Program-made: the position numbers and the translations under genes
Assembly (NCBI GenBank): GCA_002633005.1
Contig: NMRA01000998.1
Span: forward strand, 10,261-74,260
Direction of reading: 5' to 3'
Origin: Phoronis australis
Lineage: Eukaryota > Animalia > Phoronida
DNA length: 64,000 nucleotides
Shown here: one piece after another, positions 25,301 through 40,300 of the stretch
Numbering within the stretch: position 1 is the first letter of the stretch
Layout of the letters: each line of letters opens with the position of its first letter
The notes under the pieces: generated by a model
The model's input: only the letters and a program-made list of their open reading frames with translations
Databases searched by the model: none
Told to the model about the DNA's origin: nothing

Positions 25301-28300
25301 CAGGGATAATCAGTGGAGTGGCCCCTACACACAATGCATCCTCCACCAGGGATAATCAGTGGAGTGGCCCCTACACACAATGCATCCTCCACCAGGGATA
25401 ATCAGTGGAGTGGCCCCTACCCACAATGCATCCTCTACCAGGGATAATCAGTGCAGAGCTCAAGACAAGTAGTGTGCAGGGGCCTTAATTGGTGCTACAT
25501 TGTCAGTGTCTCTTGCTGCTGGCAATTTCTAGCCTATTTCTGCCAATGTTTGTGTCCAGTTGACAGCATATCGCAAGGTAAGGGCTTGCACATACTGTCA
25601 ATATGGCCGTAGATTATATGTTGTTATGTGACCTGTCATCTGATCATAAGAACCTGGTGTCAGTTACATATCAGGAGCAGTATTGTGATTGGATGAGTTG
25701 TATGTTATGGCTATTTAATGATTGTGTGCATAACCCTGGGTCGGCCGTATCATGTGTAAGGGCTTTAAGGTTGGAAACGAATGCGTGCAATGTAGTCCAT
25801 GGTCTGTTTCAGGGGACCACTCCAAGATCAGTATCAACACAAAGAATGTTTTTATCGAGTGCACAGCAACCGATCTTCATAAAGCAAAGATTGTCCTTGA
25901 TACGATCGTTATCATGTTTAGTCAGTACTGTGCACATCCTTTCACGTAAGTACACCAGTAGCATTAGGTACATGACAGATGTTTGTTGAACTCTTGAGTT
26001 AAAGGGAAAATTGGTTTTGATGCTGACAAAGACTTCTTGGGATTATTGTTGGCTTGTTCAATTGATTAACACTGTGTAGTCCTTGGGTTGTTGGATGGGA
26101 TAGGCTTGTTGAAGTGATTAACACTGTGTAGTACTTGGGTTGAAGGATGGGATAGGCTTGTTGAAGTGATTAACACTGTGTAGTCTTTGGGTTGAAGGGT
26201 GTGAACACAGTAATTTGGGGTCCCGTTCCTGTAGTTCCAGGTACCTCGCAAATGGTGCTGTTTCAATAAAAACTAAAAGCAATTGAATGTTGGCTTTACA
26301 TTATGCCAAAAGTACTTGTGGTTGCTATGCCAATATTTGACAGTGATTACAATTACACTGTAACAGGTCTGGCAGCTGGTCTATTCATGAGAAATATGTC
26401 GAGTTATTTCTTGAGAAATGCTATGGATAACTGTAATGGTGTGTGGCGTGATGCATTATGTAGTCTTTATTCAGGGTAGAAAGTGTTGAGGTCATCCAAG
26501 CTGATGGAACAAAGGTTGTTTATCCTGTGAGTATTATAATGTTGACTTTCGTATCCAAACACTGAAGCTTGACTATATGCTATTCAAATTGGTAATGATG
26601 CGCAGCAAGTCTGCAGTCTGCAAGGCTAGGATCTTGGGATATCATCAGGGGATGGATTGGTGGTGTTTGAAGGGGTAATGTCCCCTCTTTCCAACAAATT
26701 GCTATCAGAAGGCACAGGCAGCTTTTCCTTAGATGAGCAAAAGCCTTGGCACTCAGAAAGCCAACATAAAAAATTAATGTCACTTGAGCTTCGAACCCTG
26801 TTCATTGTAGTCTCGCCCAGATTAGAATTGCACCTCTTACCACCATACCTTGAAGTACTCCTAGCTTAGTTAATCTTAAACTAAAACAGGCGACGTGTGT
26901 GTTCAAGGTCTATTGTGACTGATGTGCCAATTTCCTGTCAAGATTTTTAAGGAATGCCAGAAGTTACATGTGCTTCTTTGTGACTCGTATCACTCTATGT
27001 AGGAGCTGCCTTACAGACAAGTTGAAGTCAGTGTCAGTGAAATAAACAAGAAAGTTGGGATTGAGTGAGTATCTTGCGTATGATTGCTGAGTTAGTTGTA
27101 TGACTTTTCAGCACACTATGGATTTTTTAAATTTCTCAGCAAAACTAAAGATAAGAATTAAAATTCTACTTCAGTCTGATCGTAGTTCATACTTGATACA
27201 GTTGGTAGCTAACAACTACTGAACAAATTGAAAATTTGGTAATAGCTTTTGCGTGAAATTACTAAAGCATTACCAGGAATTTATGCGAACAATTCTTCCA
27301 TGGTCTACTTTCCAAGCCACCATTATGTATTTGTCCTCATTCCTGATCGATCATGCTGGTCCATTTTGCACTAATAGGCTGTGCCTGCTTATGCTTGAGA
27401 TACTTGGAATAAAAAATATGATGTGGGACTCACTGATCAGAAATTCTTTATACAATAAAGGTCATGTGATTCTAGATGCTATTCAGAAAGTTGACATTTC
27501 TCAATTGAAAAGGAAGTGTGGAAGCTGCTCAGAAGAATACATTAAACTCTCACTAGACTACTCTCACTAGACTGCTCTCACTAGACTGCTCTCACTAGAC
27601 TGCTCTCACTAGACTGCTCTCACTAGACTGCTCTCACTAGACTGCTCTCACTAGACTNNNNNNNNNNNNNNNNNNNNNNNNNNNNNNNNNNNNNNNNNNN
27701 NNNNNNNNNNNNNNNNNNNNNNNNNNNNNNNNNNNNNNNNNNNNNNNNNNNNNNNNNNNNNNNNNNNNNNNNNNNNNNNNNNNNNNNNNNNNNNNNNNNN
27801 NNNNNNNGCCCTCACAAGACTGCCCTCTCTAGACTGCCCTCACTAGACTGCCCTCACTAGACTGCCCTCACTAGACTGCCCTCACTAGACTGCACTACTT
27901 TGGAATTCTTAAAGTGGCTATAATTATTGATTTTGCCCATTAAGTGAACTTTTTATACAGACCATGTACCACCATAAAATTGGTCTCGACTTGTTCCTGC
28001 ACAGATGAGAGGTGATTTCTGGAATTGCAAAGAACTGACAGTTAGCTATTCCTTGAGACATTGTTGGGTGCATAAAATGATGTAAACCGTAACAAGCCAA
28101 CTTGTAAAACCTGGTCTTGAGCAATAACGAACTAACTGCTTTACAAATTTGTATTAATAAAGTTAACTGTTATGTTATCACACTGCAGCTTTCATTGGCT
28201 AAAAGGAATTTTAGAAACTGTGCACTGCAGGGTAAAAATGATATGCTATTCGTAAATTGCTTTTTTGTATTTCAGCATAAGTGCTGACAAGATGGCCAGA

Positions 28301-31300
28301 TTGTTGACGCGAATGTGTCTCCAGTCACGGGTGACACCAGGAGGCGCCACAGTCATGGTGGAAGTGCCGCCAAACCGTGCTGACGTGTTGCATCCCTGTG
28401 ACATCATTGAGGACGTTGCCATCGCCTACGGCTTTAACAACATAGTGCAGACAATACCTAATACCAACTGCATTGCAGAGCAGGTCAGTTAGGAGTGATT
28501 ACCATGTGATTTGTATAATGTAATAATGTTCTTGTCCGTGGAGTCAACAACTATAGAGCATTTAAAGTCTTACCAAGCGCACCTTTCAGTCATGTACCTA
28601 TTCACTGACAAATGCTCCGATTGACAAGGCGGGTACTTGTCCGTTCTTGACCTAGTTAATCCTAAAGTTCATGGAAGATAACTCAAGTTTAATGACATTA
28701 TCAGGCGAGGGCATATAATGTTTCATCAAAACCCTACATTGACCCTAGATACAGTCCTGAAATCATGAATACTCTACCTGGTGAACACTCTACCTGGTGA
28801 ACATATATTGTGTTATAATCATGAATACTCCACCTGGTGAACACATATTGTGTTATAATTTCAAAATGTGATAGACTGATTTATGTACGTATGACCTTTA
28901 AGCTTTCATAATATTTCACCAACAAATAATTTTACAGCATTTTTAATGGTTGCACACTGTGTTCTGTGTATCCACAAAATTGGAAAATGCAGTTCTGAAA
29001 AAAATGCCAGTGAAATAGCTAATGTACATAAATCTTGTTGAATTTTGATGCTTTGTGGTGGAAACAGCTTATCATGTGTGCAGTTCTGACACCAACCCAT
29101 CAGTCCGAAATGAGCCCAAAATGCTCGTCGCTCATTCACTGGGTGAATACTTAAGTTATAATATGTGACTATTCATCTGTATGAATGTGTGTATGTCTCA
29201 AATTCATAATTTGAACAAGTAATCTTTAAACACAAACCATGCTTCAAATGAAGCAAATGTCAAGAACAATTAATGAAAATATAATTTGGGTTTCGAGTCA
29301 TGCAGAGAATACAATTTTCTTGTATAAAAATTCTAATTTGAACCTGGTTTTCATTGATGAGTTTCTCATCTTCATTCACATAATGCATGTTGTTCTCAAA
29401 ACAAGAAGCCATATAGTGATTATTTTAATTTAATGAAATATTCTCGGGTTACATATAGTATATTCATCTGTGTTCTATTTGAAACAACCAAACTCCATGC
29501 AGTGAAGAAGTTTTAGATTTCGTATGGCATAAATTTCAGTTGATAGTCCTGCTCACTGAAATACATTGTGCAACAATGTCCAAAAGTAGTCTAATTGTTG
29601 TGTGCATTTCACGCCTTTGGCATTTCAGTTACCAGTCAATAAGTTAACAGACCTCCTGCGAATTGATATGGCTGCAGCAGGTTTCACTGAGGCACTCACC
29701 TTTGCTCTGGTATGTAAGAAGTTAAAGTTCAGAGGTCGCAGGTCACGTTTTGTTCACATGTGCCAGTCATTTGCGAGAGTTTGGAATTTGCAATTCTGTT
29801 TTATTTTAGTTGTGAGATCTTTGTTGTGCCATCGGCAGATGTGGCCTTTGGGTTGTGAAACATTTCCCAAACTCTAGTTAAGTACCCTTCATCGTGTCAA
29901 GTAGATTTATGTTCCCATGGATGACAAACTCTACAGTGTATGACATACTCTACAGTGTATGACATACTCTACAGTGTATGACATACTCTATAGTGTATGA
30001 CATACTCTACAGTGTATGACATACTCTACAGTGTATTACATACTCTACAGTGTATGACATACTCTACAGTGTATTACATACTCTACAGTGTATGACATAC
30101 TCTACAGTGTATGACAAAACATCAGATAAAATAATGTTTCCTTGTCATGACTGCACATGTGTTAACTTAATGTAAGACAACAAGTCTGCGTATTTAGCCA
30201 AACATCTGTTTGTAGAAAGCCACAGTTTACTAATCTGCCAATTACTGAGTGACGTGACCATGGTAAAATTTAATGAAAAAAGAAATGTACGTTTGATAGA
30301 AAAACAATAGTATCAATAACGTGATCAAAATTTTAATGTATAAATGTTCAAGATGAGATCTCAAAAACACGTTACGGTTTTCAAAATTATCATTTCATTT
30401 CAATCTGTTTTATGCAACTTTGAAGCTTTTTCATGAAACTTCTAAAAGTCCTATTTTATGATACCACCTCATGCAAAAGTTCACCATTTTAGAAACAACT
30501 ATTCCTAACAGCATTTTGTAGAAGAGTGCATTAAGTATAATATCTTAAAAGATGAATCTCGATCAGCCATTTCTGTGATATCATGTTCCAAAGTTAGCCA
30601 GATTGGACATTGTCTTACTTGACCTTAACAGTAAATATGACTTGTAATGACTGTTGCGTCATCAAACATTCTAATTACAGAATGTCTTAACTACCTTACT
30701 AACTTCCATGTTAATTCCGTTTCATTCTCAGTCATGCAAGAATGGATGATGAATCCTAGTTTCGCCCAGCCATCATGACGGGGAATTCTGGGTCATTTTT
30801 TCTCAGTTCTTTTGATGTGTAGTGTATATGCATGTAATAAGGCCCATGCGTACGAAATAGTGCAATATGTTACAAAAATGTTTTAGCTCAAGCGTTTGGC
30901 AAATAGGTGTGCTTATCTGACTTTCATTTACGTTTACGTATGCAGGCATCCTCTGTGTATGTGCATGTTTTAAACTGCCTTTTATCCATTAATAATACTT
31001 TTCAATTAGCAGTTAATGTTGAATTGAAAACAAATTGTTCAGCTTCACTTTCTAAGTGACTTTAAGAAATCCCTAAGTTTACTCACGTAGGCGCATTTGC
31101 CTGAATCTGGATACAACTTTGAGTGCAGATGCGTTGGTCTAAATGCAGACATGTGGTTGGAGAAAAAGGTCTTTGGCAAAAATATTGTCTTGTAACGCCA
31201 TGGTGGACTTCCATTTCGATCTAACAAAATAACCTTGATTCACTGTTAGGTGCTCTGTTTGTTGGTGGAGGTTCTTCAGTGTCATCACAAATCCTCCTTT

Positions 31301-34300
31301 GGGGATCCTCTTGATTTTGTTCTTATCAATAGATGGCGCTTCATGAATTGTAATCCAACATCATCTGTTTGGACATTAGTTAATGTACACTGTTCCATCT
31401 TAAGGCAATAACAACCGTATTTACTGAAGAGAAAAGCTGCTCCATTCTGTACTGTATTGTTAAAGATTGAGACAACCAATTGTTATCAATAAATGTATTC
31501 GATGTTTTGCAGTGCTCTAGGGAAGACATTGCTGACAAGTTGAACAGAAAATTGAAAGACACTGGGGCTGTGCACATATCTAACCCCAAAGCTTTGGAAT
31601 TCCAGGTAATTTATTTTCTTTGCATTTTGAGAAACTGAGGCTGTTTCATAAAGGGGACATCAGGCTAATGTCTGAAATTTTGTCAAACACTTCCCACACC
31701 TGTTTCTGGGAAGTAATTTAATTTCACTTCATCAAATTACAAGTCTCAAGAAATATTACATAATAGCTAGCAGTGGAATTTTAATTGCTATCATTTAGCA
31801 CAGCATTAGTTTGACGTATTTTCTGACTTACCGTATTTGCCCTAATAAGCGCCCATGCCCCTATATGCGCCCCCCTCCATGCGTTTTCAGACTTTGCTAA
31901 AATAAGCGCGCAGCCCGTGAACATGTGTATACATGCGAAAAATGCCTTACCTTCAATTCTAAAATTCTACGGTAACGTCTTCAATTTATCAATAATATCC
32001 GACAGTCCTGAAAAAATTATTGTGCACAGAATTTGTAGACCACGAGCCTCATCGCTGTGTCGGTATTTAGCCGTGACTATACACTTCCACAGTGCTTCAA
32101 AAGGAACGCAAAAGTTTTGCTGATCTTGCGAAGAATTTGTCGCACTATGGTCAGGCCTTTCAGAACGAATGCAGCATACTTATCAACGAGATTGTATTGT
32201 ATCTTTCCCCTACAGATTTTCTCCCTCAGGAATCCAGATTTCTTTGTACACTAATAAAAAAATTGGCCCGTGTTAAAAGCATGTGGCCAGGAATCGGTCG
32301 CTACATACATGTGAACTCAGATGACACGCACGTGCTCGCTTACTCGGCACACACCTGCATACAAACTTCAAAACAAAAGTCATGTGACAACAACGTGTGT
32401 TCATCGCTGTTCGTCCATATTTTTCTCATGTTGTGGGGTGCGATCTAGTGCAGATTTGGACTTAATCTGAGGTTAATCCCGACTCCAGAGGAACCATTAA
32501 AAATCTTAGGGACGTTATTTGGAAAACTAATTAGGATTTCAGGTAATTTGTCGAATCGAAACTGTATTTTATTCAAGAATTCAAGTTGCCCTATCGACGA
32601 TCGCGAGGCAGCGACGCATCAGTCGGTGAGTTTTCGCCCCGGGGTTTTGCAAACAATTATTTGAAAAAGGATATAATTTAACAACAAAGTTTGATAGCAA
32701 TGTACCACAATTTTGTGGAAAGTCTATCATAGGTTACAGGTACGTCGCAGATTGTAAATTTGATGAATCCTAGCTTCCGATTTCACCCATTTTGGAGACC
32801 GGGTTTTAACCGCCTTAGGCTACAATAACCGTGTCCCCCCACCGAATCGAATTTTCTAAGCGCCCTAGGTGCTTATTAGGGTGAATACGGTAAGATTACC
32901 GTACTCGTCCGGCTTACCGCCCATGCTCGGCTTACTGCCCATGCTTGACTTAACGCCCACTTCCGAAATTTTCAATTTTTCAGTTTTAAGCGCCCATGCT
33001 CTGCTTACCGCCAACCCCCAGTTTTACATGATCGAGACTTCCTTAAAAGTGTCTGTGCTTCTGTGGACTTTCATCGCACAAAACTAAGATTCCAAAATGT
33101 GTGCAACTTGCTTACCTTTCAGTGACAATCAATCAGTTTTAGCGGAACCGGGACCTTGCTTTACTATGGTGGTAAAATACCCGTATTCTCATGCACTTTA
33201 TTGAAGGCGACACAATTATTTCCTTTGGCTCACGCGCGGAACTCATGTCAGTATTTACTGTGTGTTTCCATAATATAGTTGGTGTGCTCGTGTTTTTTCT
33301 TATTTCATTGCTCTGGGTGGTGATGTTTTGTGTACTGTCACAGCACGTACAGTGAATCACAGCACGTACAGGGAATCACAGCACGTACAGGGAATCACAG
33401 CACGTACAGTGAATCACATAAAGGTAGAACACGAACTTCAAATTCCTGTCAAGTACCGCTTTGCTTGTTTTCCACTGCAATGAAATACATTCGACAAGTG
33501 CTGTCTCAGTGATCAGTAAATACTGACACGAGTTCCGAACATGAGCCAAAGGAAATAATTGTGTCTCCTTCAATAAAGTGCATGAGAATACAGGTATTTT
33601 ACCTTCATAGTAAAGCAAGGTCCCAGTTCCGCTAAAACTGATTGACTGTCACTGAAAGGTAAGCGAGTTGCGCACGTTTTGGAATCATAGTTTTTTGCGA
33701 TGAAAGTCCTCAGAAGCTCAGACACTTTTAAGGAAGTCTTGATCTTGAAAAATTGGGGGTTGGCGGTAAGCAGAGCATGGGTGCTTAAAACTGATAAACT
33801 GAAAATTTCGGAAGTGGGTGGTAAGCCGAGCATGGGTGGTATTTGCCCTAATAAGCGCCCAGGGCGCTTAGAAAATTTGTTTCGGGTGGGAGGGTGCTGA
33901 TATTTTAACCACATCTATAATAAAAAATACTCATACTAGAACTAATTGTGCTATAGTTTTTGACGTAACAAGAATTAACAGTCATTTCCTATTTATTTGC
34001 CAGGTGGCACGCACAACCCTCCTTCCAGGGATTCTAAAGACACTTGCTAACAATAAAAGCATGCCAATACCGCTGAAACTCTTCGAAATATCTGACGTTG
34101 TCCTGAAGGATAATGAAAAAGGTAAGTGTGTCACTCTTCAAGTTCAGTAATTTTCAAGTAATTTCACTCCAAAATAATTGTGAATATCTATATTTCAAAG
34201 ACTGGGTATTTTTCTGAAAAAACATAATTTTTTATTTATAAAAAAGATTGTTGTGATCCAGAAACACTACAAATCTTGTCAACAGATTTCGTATTAGTTT

Positions 34301-37300
34301 TCAGTTGTTTTTGCTAGATGCTGTGTAATAACAAAGCGGATTGTGTCTCGATTAATTGAAAAAATTAAATTATTCAGTTTCAACCTGCAGTGCTAATTGC
34401 TTTTAGGATGGTTTTGTAGTCCACATGACATTGAATTTGATGTTGAAATTATGGTTATTGTTGAAGTCTCGAGTGTTGCTCTATCAGTCGCATCAAGTGG
34501 ATTGGACGGATGAGAACTCGTCAACAATATTTCATCTACTTCCTCATTTGCATTTTAATACCATTTCAGTGATCCATTTGCCTTCATTGTATTTGATAAT
34601 TGAGTGTAAATCCCAACATAACAGCTCTTCAGCTCAGTTGGAGTGTACAATAAAACCAAGTATTTACTAGTTGCTGGTATGTGGCTAGATTAATAGCCTC
34701 GAATTACCCCCAGTGCTCTACTTTAATTGCTCTTGTCCGTAAAAATATAACTTTGATCTTTCACCTTAGAAATGGTCCATGCATGAACATTGTGTGATGG
34801 TTATGAAACATCCCGTGCGATGCTTAGTTAATAGTGATTGGTCAGTTCTAGCGAGCAAGTATGCATAACTGATTGTGATTGGTCTGTTCTAGCCACCAAA
34901 TATGTGTAACCATCTGTCACTGGTCGTTTCTTACTACCAAAGTACATATGGCCAGAGTTTTGTCAAAGGCTTTGAGTGCACAGATGCAAATTCAGGTCAA
35001 TGGCAACTATGGTCAATAAGTATTCAGAGTACTTTGGTTTCATTTGGTGGCTCCCTGAAAGCTTACTAGAACAAAGACAAGTTGTGTTTCTGACATGTGG
35101 ATTTGTCTTTCAATAGAACGGGTGCACAGGGACTGTTGATATAAAATCCAGCATGATTTAGGCCCTGAAAGATGGATAAGTTTACTCATTTTTTTCTCAG
35201 CAACTGAATCAAAAAGTAAAAGCAAGTATACGGTAGATTGTTGCTTATTAGTATTTTGGATTAGGTCACTTTGGGTATAAAAGCAAAGTGCAACGGACTG
35301 AAGTGCATTACATTCACTAGTAAGTGAAGAGCCATTAAAGCTGCATTTTGACCTGAAAATTCAATAAAGTCCTTTTTCTCTCATAAAATTGGTCTCATAA
35401 ACTTCTTACCATCATAGGATTCCATCTCCATCATCAACAAAAACATCAAAGCCATCAGCGACTACAGAAAATGTTTCACAGTTTATTTGGGTTGGCCAAC
35501 CCTAAAATTGTTTATTCAAAAATGGTGTATACACACATTTCCTGTGACTTTGAAACCATTAGTGACTCGGGAAAATACTCAGTTTATTGGGATTGGCCAA
35601 CCCTAATGTGAATTCCAAAATGGTGCAGTACATATGTCATGTGACTTGAACTGGTAAGGCATCCTATCACAGTTAGGAATATTATGAAACCAATTTTATG
35701 AGTAAAATGACTTTGGGTAATTCAATTTTCATTTGTTAGTCAGCTAAACAGAGCAAAATGCAACTTTAAAAGTTCAGGTTATGATTTTTCTGAGAATTTT
35801 GCACTCTGCAGGGAGGTTTTGTCTGTGGTAAACTAAGGATGACTTATAACAGTGTTTGCTTATTATTGACTGAGTCGCAGCAAATTTGGTGGCTCTGTTT
35901 TAGAGATCAGACATTACTTGGAACAATTTTGGCAAGACGTTATCTTCAGTCTGTGAGTGATATATAACATAAATGGTCTTGCAGCATTTTGACAGTTTTT
36001 AAACAGGAGATTTAATTTTTCCATGAACTAAGTTTGTGTTTTCGTATAAGATGTTGCAAGGTACTGTTTATCATGGTTATTTTCTCTCTGTGTGATGTAT
36101 TGGTTAGACAAGAAGGCATCCATTTTTGACCTGTTTTCTTGTGGATACAAGTTCCTAAGATTGTAAACACTTATGAATTTTTTTTCAAGTGGCAAACATT
36201 ATTGATTCTGTGTTCAGTTCTTTCCTTGTTGCTGTTCATATTTGTAAGGAGTGTCTGTTATGTTCACTCCCCCTCCTTGAAACTATGCGTAAACAGATAA
36301 TTTCCTTGTCATGCATGCAACCAGTCTCACTCGATGACGTCTCGAGGAAACACCGAAATAAGAGGCAATATATGTGTGTCATAAATTACGCCATAAAAAG
36401 TTTCAGTCGTTGTTCTCCTGTTAAAAGTACAATCATGTTGTTTTCTAAACGTCGTAAAAGAGTTATCTTTGTGAAACTTGCTTGTATTAAATATCTTGAT
36501 TATTAAACTAGGTGTTTGAGTAGACTATTATGAGATGCTATTTACGATTCTAAAACTAATATATACCAGTTGTAATGCATTTCTCATTCGAGAGATTTCT
36601 GTTTTTTTTTTTCTGTTTCATTTTCTTTTCGTTTCATAAATCGGTTCATAATAAAAACTGCTAATTTTAGCCACTGATTATTAGTAAATGGAACAGCAAA
36701 GATGGCCTGAAATATTTATTAGTGTAGCTTAGTCATAACTAAATGCAAGTGTTCCCATTGTGTTACTGACCATATATAGTATTTTGTTTGCAACCTCAGT
36801 AAATTTTTTTTCAATGACAAGGCAAAATATTTTTGCAACAAATGTGAACAGAATTGAAAATAAATAGTAGAAAAATAAAGTGTTTTAGCAACTGACATAC
36901 TTACTAGAGAAGTAATATTGAGGGTATTCTAAGGGCAGCTTTATTGTATTTTAAGTTAATGTTTGTAGCCAGCAAACAACAAGTGGACAAGAAAAATTGG
37001 TCGTATCATTTCATATTTTCTAGACATTTTTAAAGTTTTCAAGATTTTACTTCAAGCCATGCGAGCGCAACTTTTGATGGCGTGCTTCGATACGAGATTA
37101 CATGTACATGTGCACATCCTGGTCTCGCCACTTGCACTATTATCAGGAACATTGCTGATTTTGAATTCTTTTGATTTTGCATTTGTTAGAAGAAATAATT
37201 CAATTTATGAAGTAAATTATCATTTCTGATTTCCTGCAACTTTGCTACACATGTCCACAGCGAAGCCCACTTGTGTTATCTTTGGCACATTAAACCATCT

Positions 37301-40300
37301 TGAATTTGTTCTATCAATCTTAACTTAAATGTTTCTTCCTCCAAGAGCAGTCTTAAGAGAATACTTAGTGATTTCAAACATTTAAACATTTGCAAGATAT
37401 ATTCCACGCTATATTAAGATTGACATATTCATGCACAATTCTATTAATTCGTACAAAATTTTACAAATTGATTTTTTAAGAGTTCTGTGGTTGTGCAAAC
37501 TGCTAGATCCTTAATTAAACTATTATTATAGCATAATTAGAGAAATATACACGCCCAATAAGGGTTCCGAAATTTAAAAAATCCAAATTAGTAAAATAGT
37601 ATCTATCAATTTTACAAGAAATATTTTGCTAAAAATTAATTCATTTTCGGCACCCAGTGTGACATAAAAGTGGAGTTTTGTGCTGTCAAATTTCATAATA
37701 AAAAACAATTATATTCCTCTTCATCGTTTATTTGAGCTGCATTGTGTTGCAGTCATAACAAAACCTGGTAATGCATCATGATTTTAGTGGTAGTCAAGCT
37801 TTGAAAAATTGAACAATTAAAGATTGGGTATTATTTTTGTGTATTAATGAAATAGATATTATATATATATTTGTGTATTAATGAAATAGATAATACATAT
37901 ATATTTGTAATTGTGAGCCTTCAAAGTTTGTTGGTTTTACGTAATTGCTCAAAAACATTTTCTAATGCTTTTTATTCTCATATATTATATATTCACAACA
38001 TTACCTTTAAACATTTATACAGTCAGCCATAACATTATCATGCTGTAATATATCCAATAAATTAAATAAATAAATACAACTGTTCAGGTAAATGTCAATC
38101 TTCGTAGAATTTTCATAACATGCAATATGCATGCATTCATTGCTGTCCTTTGCAATTCTTCGAAAGCATTTTCTAGCTCCGTGAAATATGCAGTTGTTTG
38201 AAATGACTTCAGCCAATTTCAACTTTGTAAGACATAGCAATTGGGGCTTTATTCAGGCGTTCATATTCTTGACTTTTTTGGCTATTTGATCAACAAAATT
38301 CTTCAGGGTGTGGGTAACTCTGCAAGTAAATGTCACACATGTGTAGACAGACATTTTCACTTGCTTACGAACAAGATATCATTTTCAAAAATTACAACAT
38401 GATGCATTTATCAAAGGGAAATTTGTGATTGTAAATACAAAATTGTTCGATTAAACATAATGACAATTGCTATAAGCCCCGCCCCAATGCTCAGTCATCT
38501 GTTTTTGTTTTTTTTTCAAAATGCATGCTCAAAGCAAAAATGTCTTTTCACGAAAATTAATCACATTATTAGTCACATGACTACAAAATATTGTTTGGGC
38601 AGCTTTCATTATTTTAGATTGCAGAATACATTATAGGATAGCAAGGAACAGTTAAAAAATTGGTTGATAAACCATGAGTGGGTTTCACGAAGGTTGGCTA
38701 TTACCTTAACATGGTGATTTCATCAAGACCAAGTCACTTATATATACATGGATCTTCTCTCGATGTCTGAAACGGAGAAATAATAATTCCTCACTGCAAA
38801 AACTTTCTGGTAATGTTAGGAGTCCTAGAATGTGTGGTGCATGTGGTACGGTTTCCTAACGTACTGCATAAGAATCGACTTCAGCGAGTCTGAATCGGTT
38901 AACTGGGAGGGCCTATAGCCCAAGTTATCCGGTTGATCCAACTTTAGTCCCAGTCCTAGAAGCCAGATGATTATGTTCATGTTCTCAAGACCTGTAGAGC
39001 GTGCCACTATGCGATGCAGGCATGTGCGTCCAGTCCTATCTACGCACTTGTGTTTTGCTCCACGCGACTTCAAAAGCTTTGCCATGTTTGAGTTGCCGTT
39101 GTCTACGGCAAGCATGAATGGGGTTTCGTCATTTTCTGAACGAACATTCACCTTCGCACCCTTCTCCAGCAAACTGGTCACCAAGCTTTCGTTGTTGTTT
39201 TGCACTGCGAAGTGTAGAGCTGTGAATTTGTAATTGTCAGCAGTGTTAATGTCTATTTTCTCTCCATTTGCCACCAAGTCAAGTAGAAATTTAATCACAT
39301 CGACGTTGTTATTGGCAGCCGCTGTTATAAACAGCACATTTTTGTTGTTCTCAGCACCGTGCGTCAAATACTTCACCAGTTTCCTTGCCAATTTACTATC
39401 CTTAAATTTTAGGGCTAATTGGACATACTGCTCGGTTTTGTCAATTGTAATATTGCGAAAGTGTGGATATAGAGCTTGTACGCTTCTTTTGTTTCCTGTT
39501 TTCACAGCTAAGTGCATAGCAGTCTCCCCCTTGGCATTGCAAATTTGAGCGCCGTTTTCAGTTCTGATGTGACTCAACAATATCTTAACAGTGTCCTTGT
39601 GCCGGTATTGCACAGCTCTGTGGAGCGGCGTATTTTCACTTATGTCCTGGACACAAACCTGGTCTTTTTCACAATGTTGACTCAGCAGGAGTTTGCACGT
39701 CTCCGCAAACCCGCGCAAAGCAGCGCAGTGTAACGGCGTCTCTCCTGCCTTGTTCCTCCAGCTCACAAAGTCATGTTCTTCCTTAAATAGCTCCTTCAGG
39801 GCAGCTGTGCATTCCCCGTCAGTTCTCAACTCATTCAGAATTTTAAATATCTTGCTGTCAGCAGAACTCTTGACAGATTCCTGCCGCCTGAGTCTCTCAA
39901 TTTCAAATAATCCACTATTAGCCCTCTTTCGGTGTAAACTCATGTCTCTCTCGTGGTTGTAAAACTCATTAAGAATGCTGTGGCTTAACTCAGATGAATC
40001 ATCATTGTTGTTTTCATCCCCACTGTCACCCTCTTCATCACTTGCTGAATACCCAGACTCCATCTTGTGGTCATTTTCTGAGTATTCAACCATGCTGTAC
40101 CCATCGCCATCAGTGTCATCTGAATCATTTTCATTGCTGTCTGTTTCTCCGTGACTGTCAGCATTGTCTAACTCTTCCCAAAGAACGTGTCTCTGTGTGC
40201 GAAAGTCGTACGATTCGCATATTCTCCACGTTGGCAAGAATTTGGAATGTTCCACATCTTTGTCGTCATTTTCTTCTTCAGAATCACTCACTTTTTGATT

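Noticed and set aside
26590-26790. DIRS-like pol N-terminal fragment ([12 protein letters not shown]) on the minus strand
   Set aside because: The motif is too short and is separated from the other DIRS-like fragment by FARSB exons.
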